Shown piece by piece: positions 38,301 to 52,900 of a stretch of DNA of 64,000 nucleotides (its first letter is position 1; every line of letters starts with the position of its first letter). The DNA comes from Rotaria socialis. Its lineage: Eukaryota. The notes beneath the pieces were generated by a model that made no database searches, was not told the DNA's origin, and saw only the letters and a program-made list of their open reading frames with translations. The position numbers and the translations under genes are program-made. Location of the stretch: the NCBI GenBank assembly GCA_905331295.1, contig CAJNYD010000056.1, forward strand, positions 62,001-126,000. Direction: 5' to 3'.

Positions 38301-40703
38301 GTGGAAAACGTCTACTAAATGAATTCGAATGGACACGTGAAGTATGGTATATTTGGCTTGATGAATACATAGCTGAATTAGATAAAATTGAAATAATGAG
38401 ACAAGAAAAAGAAGTCAAACAACAACAACAAATAGCTGCATCAACGCCTCTCGATGAACCGTCCACATTTGCAATAGATGACAGTGAACATGAAATCAGC
38501 GGAAGTCAAATAAAAAAAGTATCTACTAGTGTTCAACTTGAACCAATAATAAATCTTCAAGTGCCTCACAGCGAAGAACGTCGTCTAATTGAAGACGAAC
38601 TATACCGTCTAACAAAATTAATCGATCGAGATCCACGTGATGTATTTAGTTTAACACGACGCGGTGGTTTACTACGTAAACTTGGATTATTTCACGATGC
38701 TCTCAATGATCTATCGTTAGCTGTTTATATTGAACCATCATTTATGGATGCATATTGGCAACGAGCACTTATCTATATGATATTCGAACATTATGATGAT
38801 GCATTGGACTCATTAAATATGTGTATAAAATTTAATAAAACTCATGCTGGCGCTTATAAATTACGTGGTGATATATATTCAATGAGGAATGATTTAGCTT
38901 TAGCCATTGCTAATTACTCACAAGCCATACGTCACAATTCAACAGACCATGAATCCTATTTTCAACGAGCACAAACGTATGAACGAAGAAATGAAATTCT
39001 TTTAGCTATGGACGATTATGTACAAGTAACTCAATTGAATCCGAAGAATATCGAAGCTTGGTATGTCAAGAAACTTTTGCATTGATTTTTTTCCAAAACA
39101 ATTCTTTTTGCGTAGGTATAAACATGCTCTGTATTATTTCAATACGAATAATTATGATTATGCTGTTGGTGATTTTACTGAACTACTGAAACGTGAACCG
39201 GATCATGTAACAGCGCGTCTTTATCGTGGTCTTTCATATTTCTATCTTGAATATTATCAAAATGCTTTAGCTGATTTTTCTGCAACGCTGCATTATGATC
39301 CATCGAATTGGGCCGCTTACTATCATCGTGGTTGTCTTTTGCGTACATGTAATCCAGCCAAATCATTAAAAGATTTAAGTATATCATTATTAATCAATCC
39401 GGAATATGAAAATGTTGGCGCTTATCTTCATCGAGCTTTAATTTATTGCAAACAAAACCAATACGATGCAGCTATTGCTGATTATGAAGCTGTATTAGTG
39501 CTAGATCGTGAACATGCGCCAGCTCTATGTAATTTAGCTATTATTTACATGAGAACAAATGTTCAAAAAGCGTTACAATTATTTACGAGAGCTATCGAAG
39601 CTGAACCAACATATGTTCGAGCTTACTTTTGCCGTGCTTATTTCTATACTCAAATTAATAAATTACAGCAGGCCTATTCAGATTATACGAAAAGTAAAAG
39701 ATAGGCTTAAAATAAAAAATTTATATTTTATTCATTTGTTTTGTTTTGTTTAGTTTATCATATGTTTCCGGATCAAAATGGTGCTATGGTACTTCGAGGA
39801 AATATACTTCTTTTGATGGGAAAATTAGATTTGGCTTCATTCTGTGTTGAAGTAGCTGCTAAATTACAGTCATTAGCAGCTCCGGAAGAAGACGGATCGC
39901 CATCAGTATCATCTTCAATGAAAATGAGTGCATCAAGTCCTCAACAACAAGCTATTGTTCATTCATTTCTCGAACAATTCGATTATGCTCTATCGATTAT
40001 CGAACGCGAATGTTTATTACGTCCAACACCTGCAAATTACCGTATGTTTGGTCGACTACGTACAAAAGCTAAACGATTCGATGAAGCACGAGCTGCATTT
40101 GAAAAATGCATACAAACATGTATAAGTAGTATATCAGATCAGTCAGTTGAGCTTCATGGTGCTTATCTAGACTTGAGTAAATGTCTTATACAACTTCAAC
40201 GTTATCCGCAAGCTGTCGAACAATTAACAACACTTATAAAACTTCAACCACCGAATCAAAACGCAGAAGCTTATCTACAACGTGGCATTGCAAAAATGAG
40301 AATGTTTGGAAAATTTTCTACTCAGGAATTAACAAAATTATCATCGAATAGACGACCATTATTAGATATTAATAGAGCACTTGTAATCGAACCTAATAGT
40401 GCTGAAGCATATCTTGCACGAGCTGCATGGTAAATATCCTAGTAGCATAGAATTTATTTTTCAGAAGATTCATAATAATATGAGATACCATGATTTAAGC
40501 AGTATTTTACAATTCCTGAGGTAGATATTTGTATAGTTTATATCGGGTGAAACATTCTACAAGTTTTACTAGTTTCAGCCAATCGATTTCAATCATTTTT
40601 ATTGAATCTTTGCTTTTGAAGTACTACATAAAAAGAAACATAGAAGGCTTTTAGGGACGAAAATCAAATGATTTGTCTATATAGTAATAGTTTCATCTGT
40701 ACT

Positions 40704-40734
<31 letters not shown>

Positions 40735-42201
40735 GATTAATGTTGAATCTATTTTAGGTATGCTCGTTGCGAACGTTATTCAAAAGGTGTACTAAATTGT
40801 AATGAAGCTATTCGTTTAAATCCAAAACTTGTTCGTGCTTATCTTTATCGTGGTTGTCTAAAATATTCTATTCGCCTTTATGATCATGCTATTAAAGATC
40901 TATCAATAGCATTAGATATTGATCCATCTTGTTCACATGCGTATTATAATCGCGCATTGTGTTACATTCGTCGAGGAAATCTGTCCTTGGCCTTGAAAGA
41001 TTTTGCTATTGTTTTATGTCTTGCGTCGGCAATAAAAAATAGTAAAACTCAATTGCTTGAACTTGAAACTTACATCAATCGAGGCCTACTACAATATGAA
41101 CATAAGGATTTTGAAAATGCATTAATCGATTTTGAGTATGCACTTGAAATAGTAACGGCATCGAATGATGAGAGACGAATTAATGTACTTAAACATAAAT
41201 TAATATATACAATTGGACAATGTCATCATCGATTAGCACAATTCGATGAAGCCATTGAACGATTTAAATCATCTGAAATAGATTATCATGCGATGATAGA
41301 TACGACTTATCGACATGATCTATGGATCGCTCAAGGCATTGTCTATATGGACATGGGTAATGATGAATCGAAATTGCAAGCAACAAAATTATTTGAATCT
41401 GTACTTCATGAAAATCCAATACATGAAACTGCACGACTTAACCTTGGCTATTGCTTTCGACAACGTGGCTATTATAAACGTGCTTGGATACAATTTTCAG
41501 CTCTTCTTCATTTCAATCCATCGAATGTGCGTGCACTTGAAGCGCGGGCTATTGTTTGTCTACAAATGAATCATCCGACCGAAGCATTTATTGATCTCAA
41601 TCAAGCATTACGTTTTCAACCATCATCAGCTCAATTACTGACAAATCGTGGTGTCGTTCAACAATATTTAGGTGACAATAAAAATGCGATGTGTGATTAT
41701 CGTGCAGCTATGCTTGCCGATCCGAATAATGCATTTGCACATTACAATGCTGGAAATGTACTTATGTTTCATGGGCAATTTCTGGAAGCTATTACTTTAT
41801 TTGATCGAGTTTTGGAAATAAATCCAAGAGATGAAGCAGCATTAACGAATCGTGCTATTGCTAAAGTTGTTTTGAAACAGTACAGCGGTGCACGCAGTGA
41901 TCTTGAGCATGCTTTAAGAATTTCACCGTTGAGTGCACATATTCATATCGATCTCGGACAATTATTATTGACAATGAATGAACCAATTGAAGCAGAGAAA
42001 CATTTTACACGTGCTTTAGAAATTCGTCCATGTGATCCGGTTGTGTATAAATGGCGTGGTGATGCCCTATCGAAACAAGATGGACGACGACAAGATGCTT
42101 TGGATAACTATCGTGCCTGTGTTGAACTGAGTGATGCATTACAATTAGCACGAAAACATGGACTTATTAAAGCACCAACTAAAACTAGGCGAAGGCTGTG
42201 A
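35347..42201 (+). CDS. TTC6: Tetratricopeptide repeat protein 6 homolog
   Basis: Seven exons with GT-AG junctions in phase; long N-terminal low-complexity region and many TPRs. RYSKGVLNCNEAIRLNPKLVRAYLYRGCLKY...AYYNRALCY matches TTC6. Confidence 0.85.
36805..37012. mobile_element. Degenerate MITE in a TTC6 intron
   Basis: cggggtacatcataaaataaaatcat resembles the reverse complement of atgatttactttgtcatatatcccg. Confidence 0.4.
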
Positions 42202-44281
42202 TAAACTCTTTCCTGATCCCACAATTTTTTTAGAGATTAATTATTTTTTTCTAAATTTTCACTATTTAAGAAATAATATTGAATTGTAACACTACATTTT
42301 TCTTTCTAAATATAAATACATGCGATATAAGTGAAGAAATATCGAATTTGACATGTGTCTAAGTTAATTTAATACTCATTCTGAGAGTCCGAGTGCTCGC
42401 ATTTTTGAATATTAGACATTATGAACAAAATCTTAAAAAACATTTCTCATGAAATGATCAAGTTAGCATCATTGATCTTTATTTTTTTTGTGTCTCTTCT
42501 TAATGTAATCCCTCGTCTTTTTATGTAGAAAACTAAAACAACAAAATTCTTGTTGGTGTTGTACTTGATGAAAAGAGGAGACGAGAATTCATTGATTCTT
42601 ATCTTAACCACAATTTGTAGATACGAGTTTATAACGATATTTCAGTTCATCAGCTGGCATACCAAAAATGTCGGCATAAATAAATCAAAGAGAAAGTAAT
42701 GCGATTTTCTTTGAAGTCATTCAATTACGTTTTGCTACTCAACAACCTATGATCGACTATTTAGGTATATAAAAGCTATCACATCACAGAATCTACATTA
42801 TAAAACAACGCATATGTATGAGGGCAGGTGGGAAATGGGCAAAGAGGTAAGATTATATACCTTAGACTGTGGATCAAGGTTCTTACGTTGTGTCAAGTAG
42901 ATTGTTCCTGGGGTGTGTGCATACTATGCTGTTCTATGATAGTAGTCTTCTCGTTGCCATAATCCATGTGCTTGTGGTGAAATACCCATTATCATGTATC
43001 CTCTCTTCAGAAAAAAATCAAGTCGTAGATTCACGATAAACGTGTAATTGTGAATGACGCCATTGTTTCGTTGGGAGATATATTCTGATTTTCTTAAGAG
43101 AACTTTTTATTATAGATATTATATTTCACTAGTTTTGTTGGTGGAAACTGTTAGAAAAACGTCATTAATAACGACGTATTTTTCGACGATATAAACAGCG
43201 TTGATCACTGGCAGATTAAAAACGAGAACGCATAATTGCAGCGGACAAAAATGCTCATTTCAAACGACGCAATGTTGCCGAGGTTGAAAATGAAATTCGT
43301 TCCTTTCTGCACAAGGACTTGCTCACTTACCTTCTAATTCCTGATTGCATCACATATTTCATCCTATCAAAAACGATCATTTCAGATAACATTCAACTGT
43401 AGCCCACTCTACAACACACGAGACCCAGATCGCCAGTGAAAATTATACTATAAAAAAAAACGAATGCAGATTGAAATCATCTCCACACTTGATAAAGATA
43501 ACCATTTTTTTATATAAATTGCTCTTTGTACCAGAACTGATCTTTCACTTTCGTTTTAACTTCGACCGCCGACATTATGAACTCAAACAATCTGTCCACT
43601 AGATCTTTGTTTCATCCATATTTGCAATCAGTTTCTAAGATCTTGTTACTTGATCACCCCCATACTATCCTCTACCTAAACATTTAAAAGATATATTCAT
43701 TATAGACGCAAAAGCAAACATTAATTTCCGGACTTGTCGGATAAGTGCATTTTCCGGGACCATTCATTTTCTCATTGAGAGACTAGTAGATAGTAGAAGA
43801 TTAGTAGGTTCATTTATTTTAAATGCAAAACCAAACATTTCTCGTCCGTGTCGATAGACAGACACATTTTCCTGAAAGCATCGAATATTTATCTGATTGA
43901 TTTTCACTGTTCCTGAAAGCAATGAGAAGGTAGTAGTCTATTGAAACGTTCACTCAACATAGGTAAAAAACAAAACACTCGTCTAACATGTTTTAACATG
44001 AATGCAATACTAGGAAATGTATTTTTTTTCTGTTGAGTATTATTGCCGATATTTCTCATTATTCAGGAAAGAAACCATAGTACTGTAAGACTAAAAATAT
44101 TTCAATAGTATAGCTAAAAAGAACTTCTAGCGTGAACACCATTTTCTTGTATAGTCAAGTAACGTTACATAAGCATTAACCTCTATACACTTACGAATCC
44201 TAGCATTCGAATACAGTCGAAAGTTTTTTCACTATCAATATAAATACACTCGACACATTTTTCTGTAAAAGCTACCATAAA

Positions 44282-44778
44282 ATGAGTTCGGCTCTTGGAA
44301 TACTTCTTGCTTGTGTAGTTTTCTTCAGTAAGTCATGTCACATGTTTTAATCAACTGCAGTTCTACAAATCTCTATGCTCTAGTATCTCAGCGTCCAATT
44401 TCTGCTATCAATTGCTATCGCTGTGCACAAGGAACAGATGGATGTGGTGCAAGTACCTTTAGCAAGACGGGTAGTGGCGTTTTTACTACGGCCGATTCAA
44501 GTGCAAATTATTGCACGGTAACTCGTTTCCGAACAGTTTCGTACCCTCTAAAGTTTTCTTCTTTTCAGAAAATAGCATACTCTAACAATGCCAATGCAGC
44601 TGTACGATCGTATGCCACGTCAGGTAGCTGCAATACGAGCAATACTTCAACTACTGCTGGTGTGACGCTCACCACTCTGTGTTGCACCACAGATTTATGC
44701 AACGATACATCTACTCGAACATCAAATATCATCATCGCTATGACAGCTGCTGCAGTAGGTTTATTTCTCGTCAAATAA
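44282..44778 (+). CDS. Ly6/uPAR three-finger protein, secreted and probably GPI-anchored, 129 aa
   Basis: Exons 44282-44327, 44384-44517, 44569-44778. Signal peptide MSSALGILLACVVFF, INCYRC start, CCTTDLCN end motif, hydrophobic C-terminal tail; TATA-like box near 44240. Confidence 0.85.
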
Positions 44779-45835
44779 ACATACATTCGATTTTCTTTTT
44801 GTAAATGACATGAATCTTTTCGATTTCTAATTATTAGTCCAGATTTATCCTTTTCACTATAGTTTTTCCCTTCTTTAGACACAAAAATATATTTTTATCG
44901 ATTTCGAACTGAATGCTTCTTGGAGTAAAGCGATCGACGGTAATTCGCATAGACATCTTCATTCACTGTCTACTAAACATTCTTTGAACTTACCCTACGA
45001 AATTTTCTTTTGAATTACCGAGCAAATGTCGAAGTGAAATAAATGTAAACTACAATGTGTCGCACATCTCAACCGTCACTATAATCGTAAACCTGAACAG
45101 TCGAAAATAATAGGAATTTATTCACTTGTTTTTACAATTTCTTCTCAAATTTGTCTGAAGAACAAGATATATAGAAGTGTTCAATTATTTTCTCACTATA
45201 AACAAGGTAGATTTTGACGTAATAGAGTCTATTGGTATGAGCCATAATCAGACATGGGCTCAGTGCGCGCTGCCTAGGCAAAGTTATCATGAGCTCTGAC
45301 TGTGATCACATATCGTGTAGACTCTCATTAAAGTGAAGAAGAAATGGATGGGTGTAAACATACCCAAACCTTCACTCGCACACAAATGAAAACTTTATTT
45401 CGATCCAAAAAGAATCGTTGAATGGCACAACTTCAAAAATTGCTTTAGATTTTCTTACGGCAATCTTCCTTTGATAGAAATTATATTTCCGTACGTAAAA
45501 ACTGATAAAAAATTCATTAGTATCGACACACGAACCGTACGGCATAAATCATATTGATCACAAATACATTAAAAATGAGAATGTCTAAATGTAACCAGTC
45601 ACTGATTATGCGTAAGCATCGATCCAAAAATTATCCTGCTGACAAGTCGATACGGATTTCAATATATACATATATATATATATATATAATCTTAATTCAG
45701 TTGAGTATCGATCAATATCAAATAGATGACAGTTGGTTTTCTTTCTTTTTTTTGCGTCATATTTTCCTAACGATATATCAATCTATTGTATTCCAAATAA
45801 AATCAAATGTAAATATCAAAATATAACACTAGTAT

Positions 45836-47792
45836 TTAAATTGTCTGCTGTATTCTAGGAAATGGGTCTTCTTTACTTAGTACAACCATCATATGTTTAT
45901 AAGATATATAAGCTTTAAGACGATTTTGAGTAATTAGCGTAGCCAAAAGTGCAGCACATTCTAATTGATCACATGGTGCATCATTGTTACTCCATTGAAT
46001 TGCACGTGTAAATGTTTCTATCGATATTTTATTCTCTTTGTTCATTAATAACCATACTTGTCGAAAAAGATTTCGCACAGCCAGTAAATATAATGTTTCA
46101 ACATGAAGTAATAAACCTTTGGATAAAAAAAAATTCCGGTGAATTGTTTTTATACATCGGTCAAATGCATATAGTTGACCATGTTTAATAGCAATGAGTA
46201 CATCGTAAAAAGCAGTCAGTTTGTATTTAGCAACAATGTGTAAAGCAGGCGTAAAACCAAATTGCATTTTAGATATACATAAATGCGTTAATATAGATGC
46301 TTTGTTTTTCTTCATAAACTTGGGACAACGTTGAAAAATTGGATCAAAACAGTCTGCCGCTTTTCGATAATCATCTTTGAATAGGGCAGATTTTCCTAAA
46401 AGAATAAGAAAATAAAACGTTACAAGATTAAAACATGCGAGAACGATTCAGATGAAAAAATTATGATCTTTCTATATTGAGATATTACTGTCTCAGAGCA
46501 ATGGATCTAAAAAAAGTGTTCGATATCATTCATTTTATAACTTACAAAATCCGAAGATCTTCTCTATTCAGGTTACTACTAATATTATTCATTTTTTCAA
46601 TCGGAATTTTAGTCCTACAGCATAAGGACTCATCTTTTGCAGAACGAGTCCTGGAAGTCCAATTAGAGTATCGAGTAAGATCTGATACTCAATCGGAATT
46701 TGATGTATCAGACCTGATGGAAATCTATACATTTTGGATGTTGGAAAAAATTAGATTTTCCTAATTGCACTCAACAAAAAATAATGCTTCGCAGAAAATA
46801 AAAACATGAGTATCCAATTTTTCGACTGAAATTGTAAACACTTTAAGTCAAAAGTGTTTATAAATATAATGTGCAGATGGAACAAACAGTTCTTTTACCT
46901 TGGTGTACCATAGCCTGACCTACTTATCTTCACTGTACTACTCTTCCCCAATGTATCTGAGTATAGACTTTATCGTCAAGACTAATGATGTTTCTTTAAA
47001 ATGATGTTTAGCCAAATGGATATAAAATTTCGATCCACTGTGTACTTAACATCTCTCGATTGTTTTATACTAACCTAAAAAATAATCATATGTCATTTTT
47101 TGATCTTCTAATAGATAATGTCTATATTCTAATGATTGTTCGGCAAATGAGAGTAGTTGCTCTCCAAGTTCATAACGTTTGATTCTATGACATAATTTAA
47201 GTAATTGATTAAGTATTTGTATAGCTCCCCATTTTTTCGATAAACGCTGTTCTGTACAACGATCACTTGTGCACACACGAAATGCCTCTGTAAGTAATTC
47301 AATGGTTTTATTTACATGTGTTTCTGATGTTTGCCGACCATTAATTGTTAAATCAGCAATACGTTGCGATGGCGGACTTGTACTACCATCGATATCATTT
47401 GGTATATAGACGGTAAAATAATTTGTTATGAGACGAAGTTCAGTTAGAATAAGAATTAATATTGGTATATGCCAATTTTTATTTTTACTATCTTTAACAA
47501 GATCAAGTAATGCACGACATACTAGATATTGATATTGTACGATATCATTCAAGCGGCTTTTATACAATGATGTTTGGCAAATTTTAATATGATTTGTTAA
47601 TATAATATTCCAACCTTGTACAACGCGACCATGTTTTTCAAATAAATCACTTGTATGTGGCGAGAAAAATTTTTCAATATGAACTTTATGTCGAATACTC
47701 AGTAGGCTACATAATGCTGAACTATTCATTGCAAATATAGCTTCATTGAACTCATCCAAATATTTTTGTAATTCATTTATTGCATTAGACAT
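45836..47792 (-). CDS. PCID2: PCI domain-containing protein 2 (TREX-2 subunit), 425 aa
   Basis: Exons 47792-47075 and 46395-45836. FRVCTSDR...SKKWGAIQILNQL, TYDYFLGKSALF and C-terminal LKAYISYKHMMVVLSKEDPFP. Confidence 0.92.
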
Positions 47793-48104
47793 CTAGAAAT
47801 ATGTATTTTTGTTTTATTTACTCAAATGTACTTAACTTTTATTCACTTCTTCAAATATTTTTGTTTTTCAATTTGAAAAAAAAACAAACTTACATTATAC
47901 ACAATAGAGAGCTAGACTAAAGTAATAATACAAAAAGAAAAAATAAGTTTTTTATCTAACAAATTATTGAAAGAAGTTGATCACAGTTTGACATAATAAT
48001 CAAAATAAATCTATGATCTCTAAATGAAAAGAAAAATAAACAAAGATTTAACGAATACTTGAAAGTCTATTCATATAAATCATCTTCTATTTCTATCGAC
48101 TAGT

Positions 48105-49279
48105 TTATATCCGACTGATGTTACACGTCTCTGTTTGAAATGAAAAAGAAAACAATCATACATATGAAACTGAACGAGTACTGAACGATGGTGGACGCGG
48201 TGTTGTTGGTAATCGACCACGGCCAACTCCAGTTGCTAACATATTTCGACGAATATTTTCAAATTGAGAACTTCAAACATAACAAATAATGAAATTTCAC
48301 ATGAGCCAAAAGAAAAAAAGCAAAGGCTTACTCAAGACATGCATCTCCAACATGATTTGATTGACTCATCAGTCCACCAGCAGTATCTAATTGAAATAGA
48401 ATAGTTGTTCGAACAACAAATCCAATATTCTCTTACAAGCACTGGTTCGTTTCGGTTCGTAGGATGCTATTGTTTGCGGCAGTTGTTTTGGTGATTCTGT
48501 AACTGGCCGTGATGACAATGCACCATCACGATCTAAATACGATGATTGAGGACGTGATGGATTCGTTGTACTTGGTACCGCCCTAATATAAATCATCAAC
48601 CTATTTAAATTCTAAGAAATACAATCTGTTACGGTGTTACGGAATTTGACCACATTTCATTTTGTCTGTAGAAAATTAAAAAATACAATAACAAAAAGAA
48701 GCAAATAAAATAATATACCCATTAAGTTGTCGTAATTCGTCGTCATTAAATATTTGACCAGTATGTGCTTCTCGATCCCAATCTTCGCCGTTCATAACAA
48801 CAGCCATTTGCCGATCATTACTATCGGATGAATGATCTTCCCAATCTAAAAGCAGGAATTAAATAATCAATGAATTATTTTTCTTTTAAAAGAATCAACG
48901 AATCTTACTAAAATCACTCATGCCGCGAGCAATAGCATCATGAACAGTTTGGCTATCTGGACAATTTGACATGTGCTTATACAATTCATTTGGTGTAATT
49001 AAATGTGTTGCATTGAACGAACATTTAACACGGCGAATATGTGGATTAGCCTTCATTTAGATGAGAACATATTAGTAAATAATTGTTCTATTCAAGTTTC
49101 TCTTTACTTTTGCACATCGCATTATATGATACTGAAAACGTTTCGCTAATACCTTATGATTAAGATCATATGGACAAAGCCTGAAAAATATGAACATTTA
49201 TTGTCTTTTTTGAATGATATTTTCTACTTCTAAAATAATTCTCCTACCAATAATCATCAGGGTCACAATAGAGAGGCAT
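48105..49279 (-). CDS. GTSF1: Gametocyte-specific factor 1 / Asterix-like protein with two CHHC U11-48K zinc fingers, about 240 aa
   Basis: Nine exons (49279-49248, 49180-49108, 49050-48909, 48845-48719, 48665-48633, 48582-48437, 48386-48332, 48270-48182, 48130-48105), in phase. CPYDLNHKVLAKRFQYHIMRC and CSFNATHLITPNELYKHMSNCPD; acidic Trp motifs NWED and EDWD. The 3' exons are less certain. Confidence 0.85.
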
Positions 49280-49342
49280 GATTCAAAACAATATTAATAT
49301 AAAATCTGAAAAAATTTTAAAAAAATTAAAAATTTTACATTA

Positions 49343-49618
49343 TTACGTTGCAGGGTTATCGGGGCATTCAACTAAATGATCATAATATTTATTTGGTGCT
49401 ATTTTATGTGCGCTGTTAAAAAGACACTGAAGTTTTTTTACGTTTGGATGATTCTATAAAATAAAGTTTGAAACAACATTGAAGATTACTTAAATCAAAG
49501 ACAAACTGACTTGTGAACATCGAAGAAGATGATGCTTGAAATTACCCGAAAGTACTTTATGTGCTGAGTCATAGGGACAAGTTATATATTCACCTTCTTC
49601 GAATATTGATGTCGACAT
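49343..49618 (-). CDS. Minimal GTSF1-like protein, 72 aa, two CHHC zinc fingers only
   Basis: Exons 49618-49511 and 49453-49343, 57-nt GT-AG intron: MSTSIFEEGEYITCPYDSAHKVLSGNFKHHLLRCSQ|NHPNVKKLQCLFNSAHKIAPNKYYDHLVECPDNPAT*. All eight Zn ligands are intact. Confidence 0.85.
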
Positions 49619-49941
49619 GTTCAATGGTCAGGAAAATTCGTTATGTTATTCTGATCGTTTTCGTTGCGGATGAGTCATTTGAAACGATTTGATTTTGTTA
49701 ATGTGAATTTTCTATATTTGTTAACAAACGAAAAAATAAATTAAAATTTTCTTCATTTATTTCTACTTCTTAATTAAAAATAAAAAGTTTAATGAACGCC
49801 ATCTGCTGTTGAATCATCATTGAGGCTTTGATTGACGAATTGAAAAGTATAGCGTAAGAGTATAGAGTATAGGAAAAGAAAGAAAGAAAGAAAGTAAAAT
49901 TGTCATACATTGAAGTTTTTATAGAGTAGCTTGACTATATT

Positions 49942-52900
49942 ATGTATAATACAAACTGGCCATTGCATCAGAATACATCGACATCAAATGGTTTGTTTTG
50001 TTTCCTATTTCTATATATCTATATTTTTTATTGATTGATATGTTTTTGTAGTCGACTGGGGTGCTTTGGCGGACTCCTGGATGCAACAACGGGAGCAACA
50101 AGCTCAATGGCAACAAGCACCACTGCCACCGCCACCTCCACCACCTCCTCAATTTCTTCTTAGTGCTCCACCAATACCGCCTCCTGGTTTACCACCCATC
50201 GGAATGACATTTCCACCGTTACCACCAACACAACTTGGTATTGGTTCACACCATCACCAGCTACAGGTTGGTTCAAATACCACTCAGGAAAGTTTAACGA
50301 TGACAAATATTGAAAGTAAGTCTTCAATTTGACTTTTCACAACTATGAAAAGAAAACACATGAAGACAAAGGATGTTAATTCAATGAAATTACTCTTTTT
50401 TTTTATTCATTTAAAATTGTTATCGAATCGATCTATATTTAATTTAATATTTAGATTCACATTGGAGGCCACCACCACCACCACCACATCAAATGATGAT
50501 GCCTAGCGGACCTCAATGGAGACCTAATATGAATAATAATCAACCAATATTTCCTATGCAATCAGTGAGTAACAAGAATCTAAATTCGAAAATTAACTAT
50601 TCTTTTCTAGGATATGGCTTCGCCTTTTGGTGGTCCTCAATTTTGGTTATCAAATAATACCGGTCAACAAGCAGTACCTCCACCTCCACCTGTACCGGCA
50701 CCAGTTCCACCGCCAGTACCACCTCAACAATCACCAATTCCACCTACATTTTCTGCACCATCATTTCAACATCCACCAATCGATAAAAGAATCATGAATA
50801 CAAGTTTTAACACGTCTATACCATCATTGATGGATCTTCCCTCTTATGGAAAAAATAATTCGACGCCTCCACCAATGCCAGTTCCTCCTGTACCTGTTTT
50901 ACCTAGTATGTATTTGAATGTGATCCCTTACTATTAACAAAGTGCACACTCGACAAGTTCAAGCGAGCATTGCTAAAAGACAAGAATCGCATGAATCTGT
51001 AATCAATACTTTTGCATTGATAATGTTAACTGTAAAAATTGTGTAAAGCTTTGATCAATTATCAAGTAGCCATGGCTGATATGTTTTGATTGACTTTGTG
51101 GAAGATAGATAGTCCAAGAAATTTTGATCTTAATTTAATTGTAGTTGCACCCCCGGTAAAAATCGCCAATATTCCAAGTGGTGTCAATACGAATGCAAAG
51201 CGGCGAAAAATTCCCGCTTGGCTTCGCGAAGAATTAGGGAGACTTGAAAAAGAAAAAGAAAAAAAAATGCAAAATTCAAGTAATGATAATAATAGTTTTT
51301 CTTTAAATGAATCTTACTCTGTAAGTATTCTTTTTCTTGTAACAAAATACGTGTATCATTTGATTTATTTATATTTGATAAAGAAATTTGATGATGATAA
51401 TCAAGACGATGAGGAGGATGAGACGAACGATGAAAAATTCAACGAATCGACAACACGATTCGATGATGATGACGATGAGGACGACGAGAATGGTGAAGAT
51501 ACAGAACAAAATGACGAGGAAGAACTACATTTAAAGCTGGTTTCTTCAACACCTATTGTCAATCGACGAAGTCGCTTTGTGGGTTATTGTGATTGGACAT
51601 TTAATTCTAGAGCCATGTGTTTATTATCATCTTATTTTCTTCTAAAATTTCAAAGGATGATGACAAACCAACTGAACCACAACAGCAGCTAAATGTAAGC
51701 GCGATTTCGAGACGAACACATTCCCCACCACCATCAACGAATACGGCAACAACAACATTGATTGAGGATGATCAAATTGATAAAGAAGCACAATTGGTAA
51801 GAGATATTTCCTTCATTTTAATCCAAAATTCACTTTCCACTTCTCTCTAAGATGAACAAACTACGTCGTACATTGACAGAACTATTACTCGAAGTTACCA
51901 ATGAAGAATTTGCAGCAATTGCTAAAGAAGTTTATTTGAGTTGCAAAGGTAAATAAGTTTCTGTTAATTGTATTTACGAACTAAATCTGTTTCATTTTAT
52001 TTTAGCTGAATCATCGACACCTGTGATTCGCAAAGCTTCAGGACTTTCAAGTCTTATGCAAAGTAATCAAGAATCGATTTCTTGTATTCACTTAACATTT
52101 ATAATTGCAGGCTTTTCTGGAAGCGATTCTGATGACGAAGAAACACATGGCCAGTCGATTGTGGATACAACTGTAAAGAACAAATCACCTATTCGAGCAC
52201 CAGTAAAACAACCTAACGGTAATTTAGTTTTTTAGACCAGTAAAATTGAATTATATTGTTAATGGAGACTAGGTCGGAGATTCAAGATGTTTTGTGTTTG
52301 AACACGCGATTTTTATTAGCAAAGTTTTAGAATTATCATTCACGGTTGTAAATAAACACTTGATTACTAGCGTCATCAATCGGAAGAATTGCATTCTTGA
52401 AACGGATAATAGCCGAATTCTGAAAAATACTTAAGTTTTTGAGTATCGTGTGCGAAGAACAAAATCGACGAGTTTATCTAGAACTTTTTAAACAATCAAC
52501 AGGTGCTTTTAGTAAGAAAAATAATGCAAACATCTAAATGATTTTTATAGGAGTGTGTGATAATTTTCCTTGTACCGAAAATAACTTGAATTGAAGAGCC
52601 CATTTGAAAACCGTTTTTTCAAATAAGAAAACTTTTGAATGCATAAACTTGATATACTTTACCGCGTAGATTGCATTTTGCATCTTCTATTGACTTGAAG
52701 AAAATTAGCGTGCAACAGCAATGAATCGATATAAATACTAATTAGAAAGAAATCTTTTAATGAAATGCAGCTAAAATCGGTCAGTCTTTAAAATTAAAAA
52801 CTGTACCAGTTGAAATTTAAAATAGGACGAGTTATTTTGGTATCAGAATTTCCACTCCTACTAATTGAATCTAAAATAGATGTTATTTGTTCTTCTTTGA

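Noticed and set aside
45220..45330. Weak inverted repeats (also near 16712-16797, 30184-30262 and 52270-52860)
   Set aside because: Too degenerate to define ends or TSDs by eye; likely old MITE debris.
49306..49346. 41-nt GT-AG intron that might fuse mini-GTSF1 and GTSF1 into one four-finger protein
   Set aside because: After splicing, the downstream ATG is out of frame and a stop follows within 15 codons.
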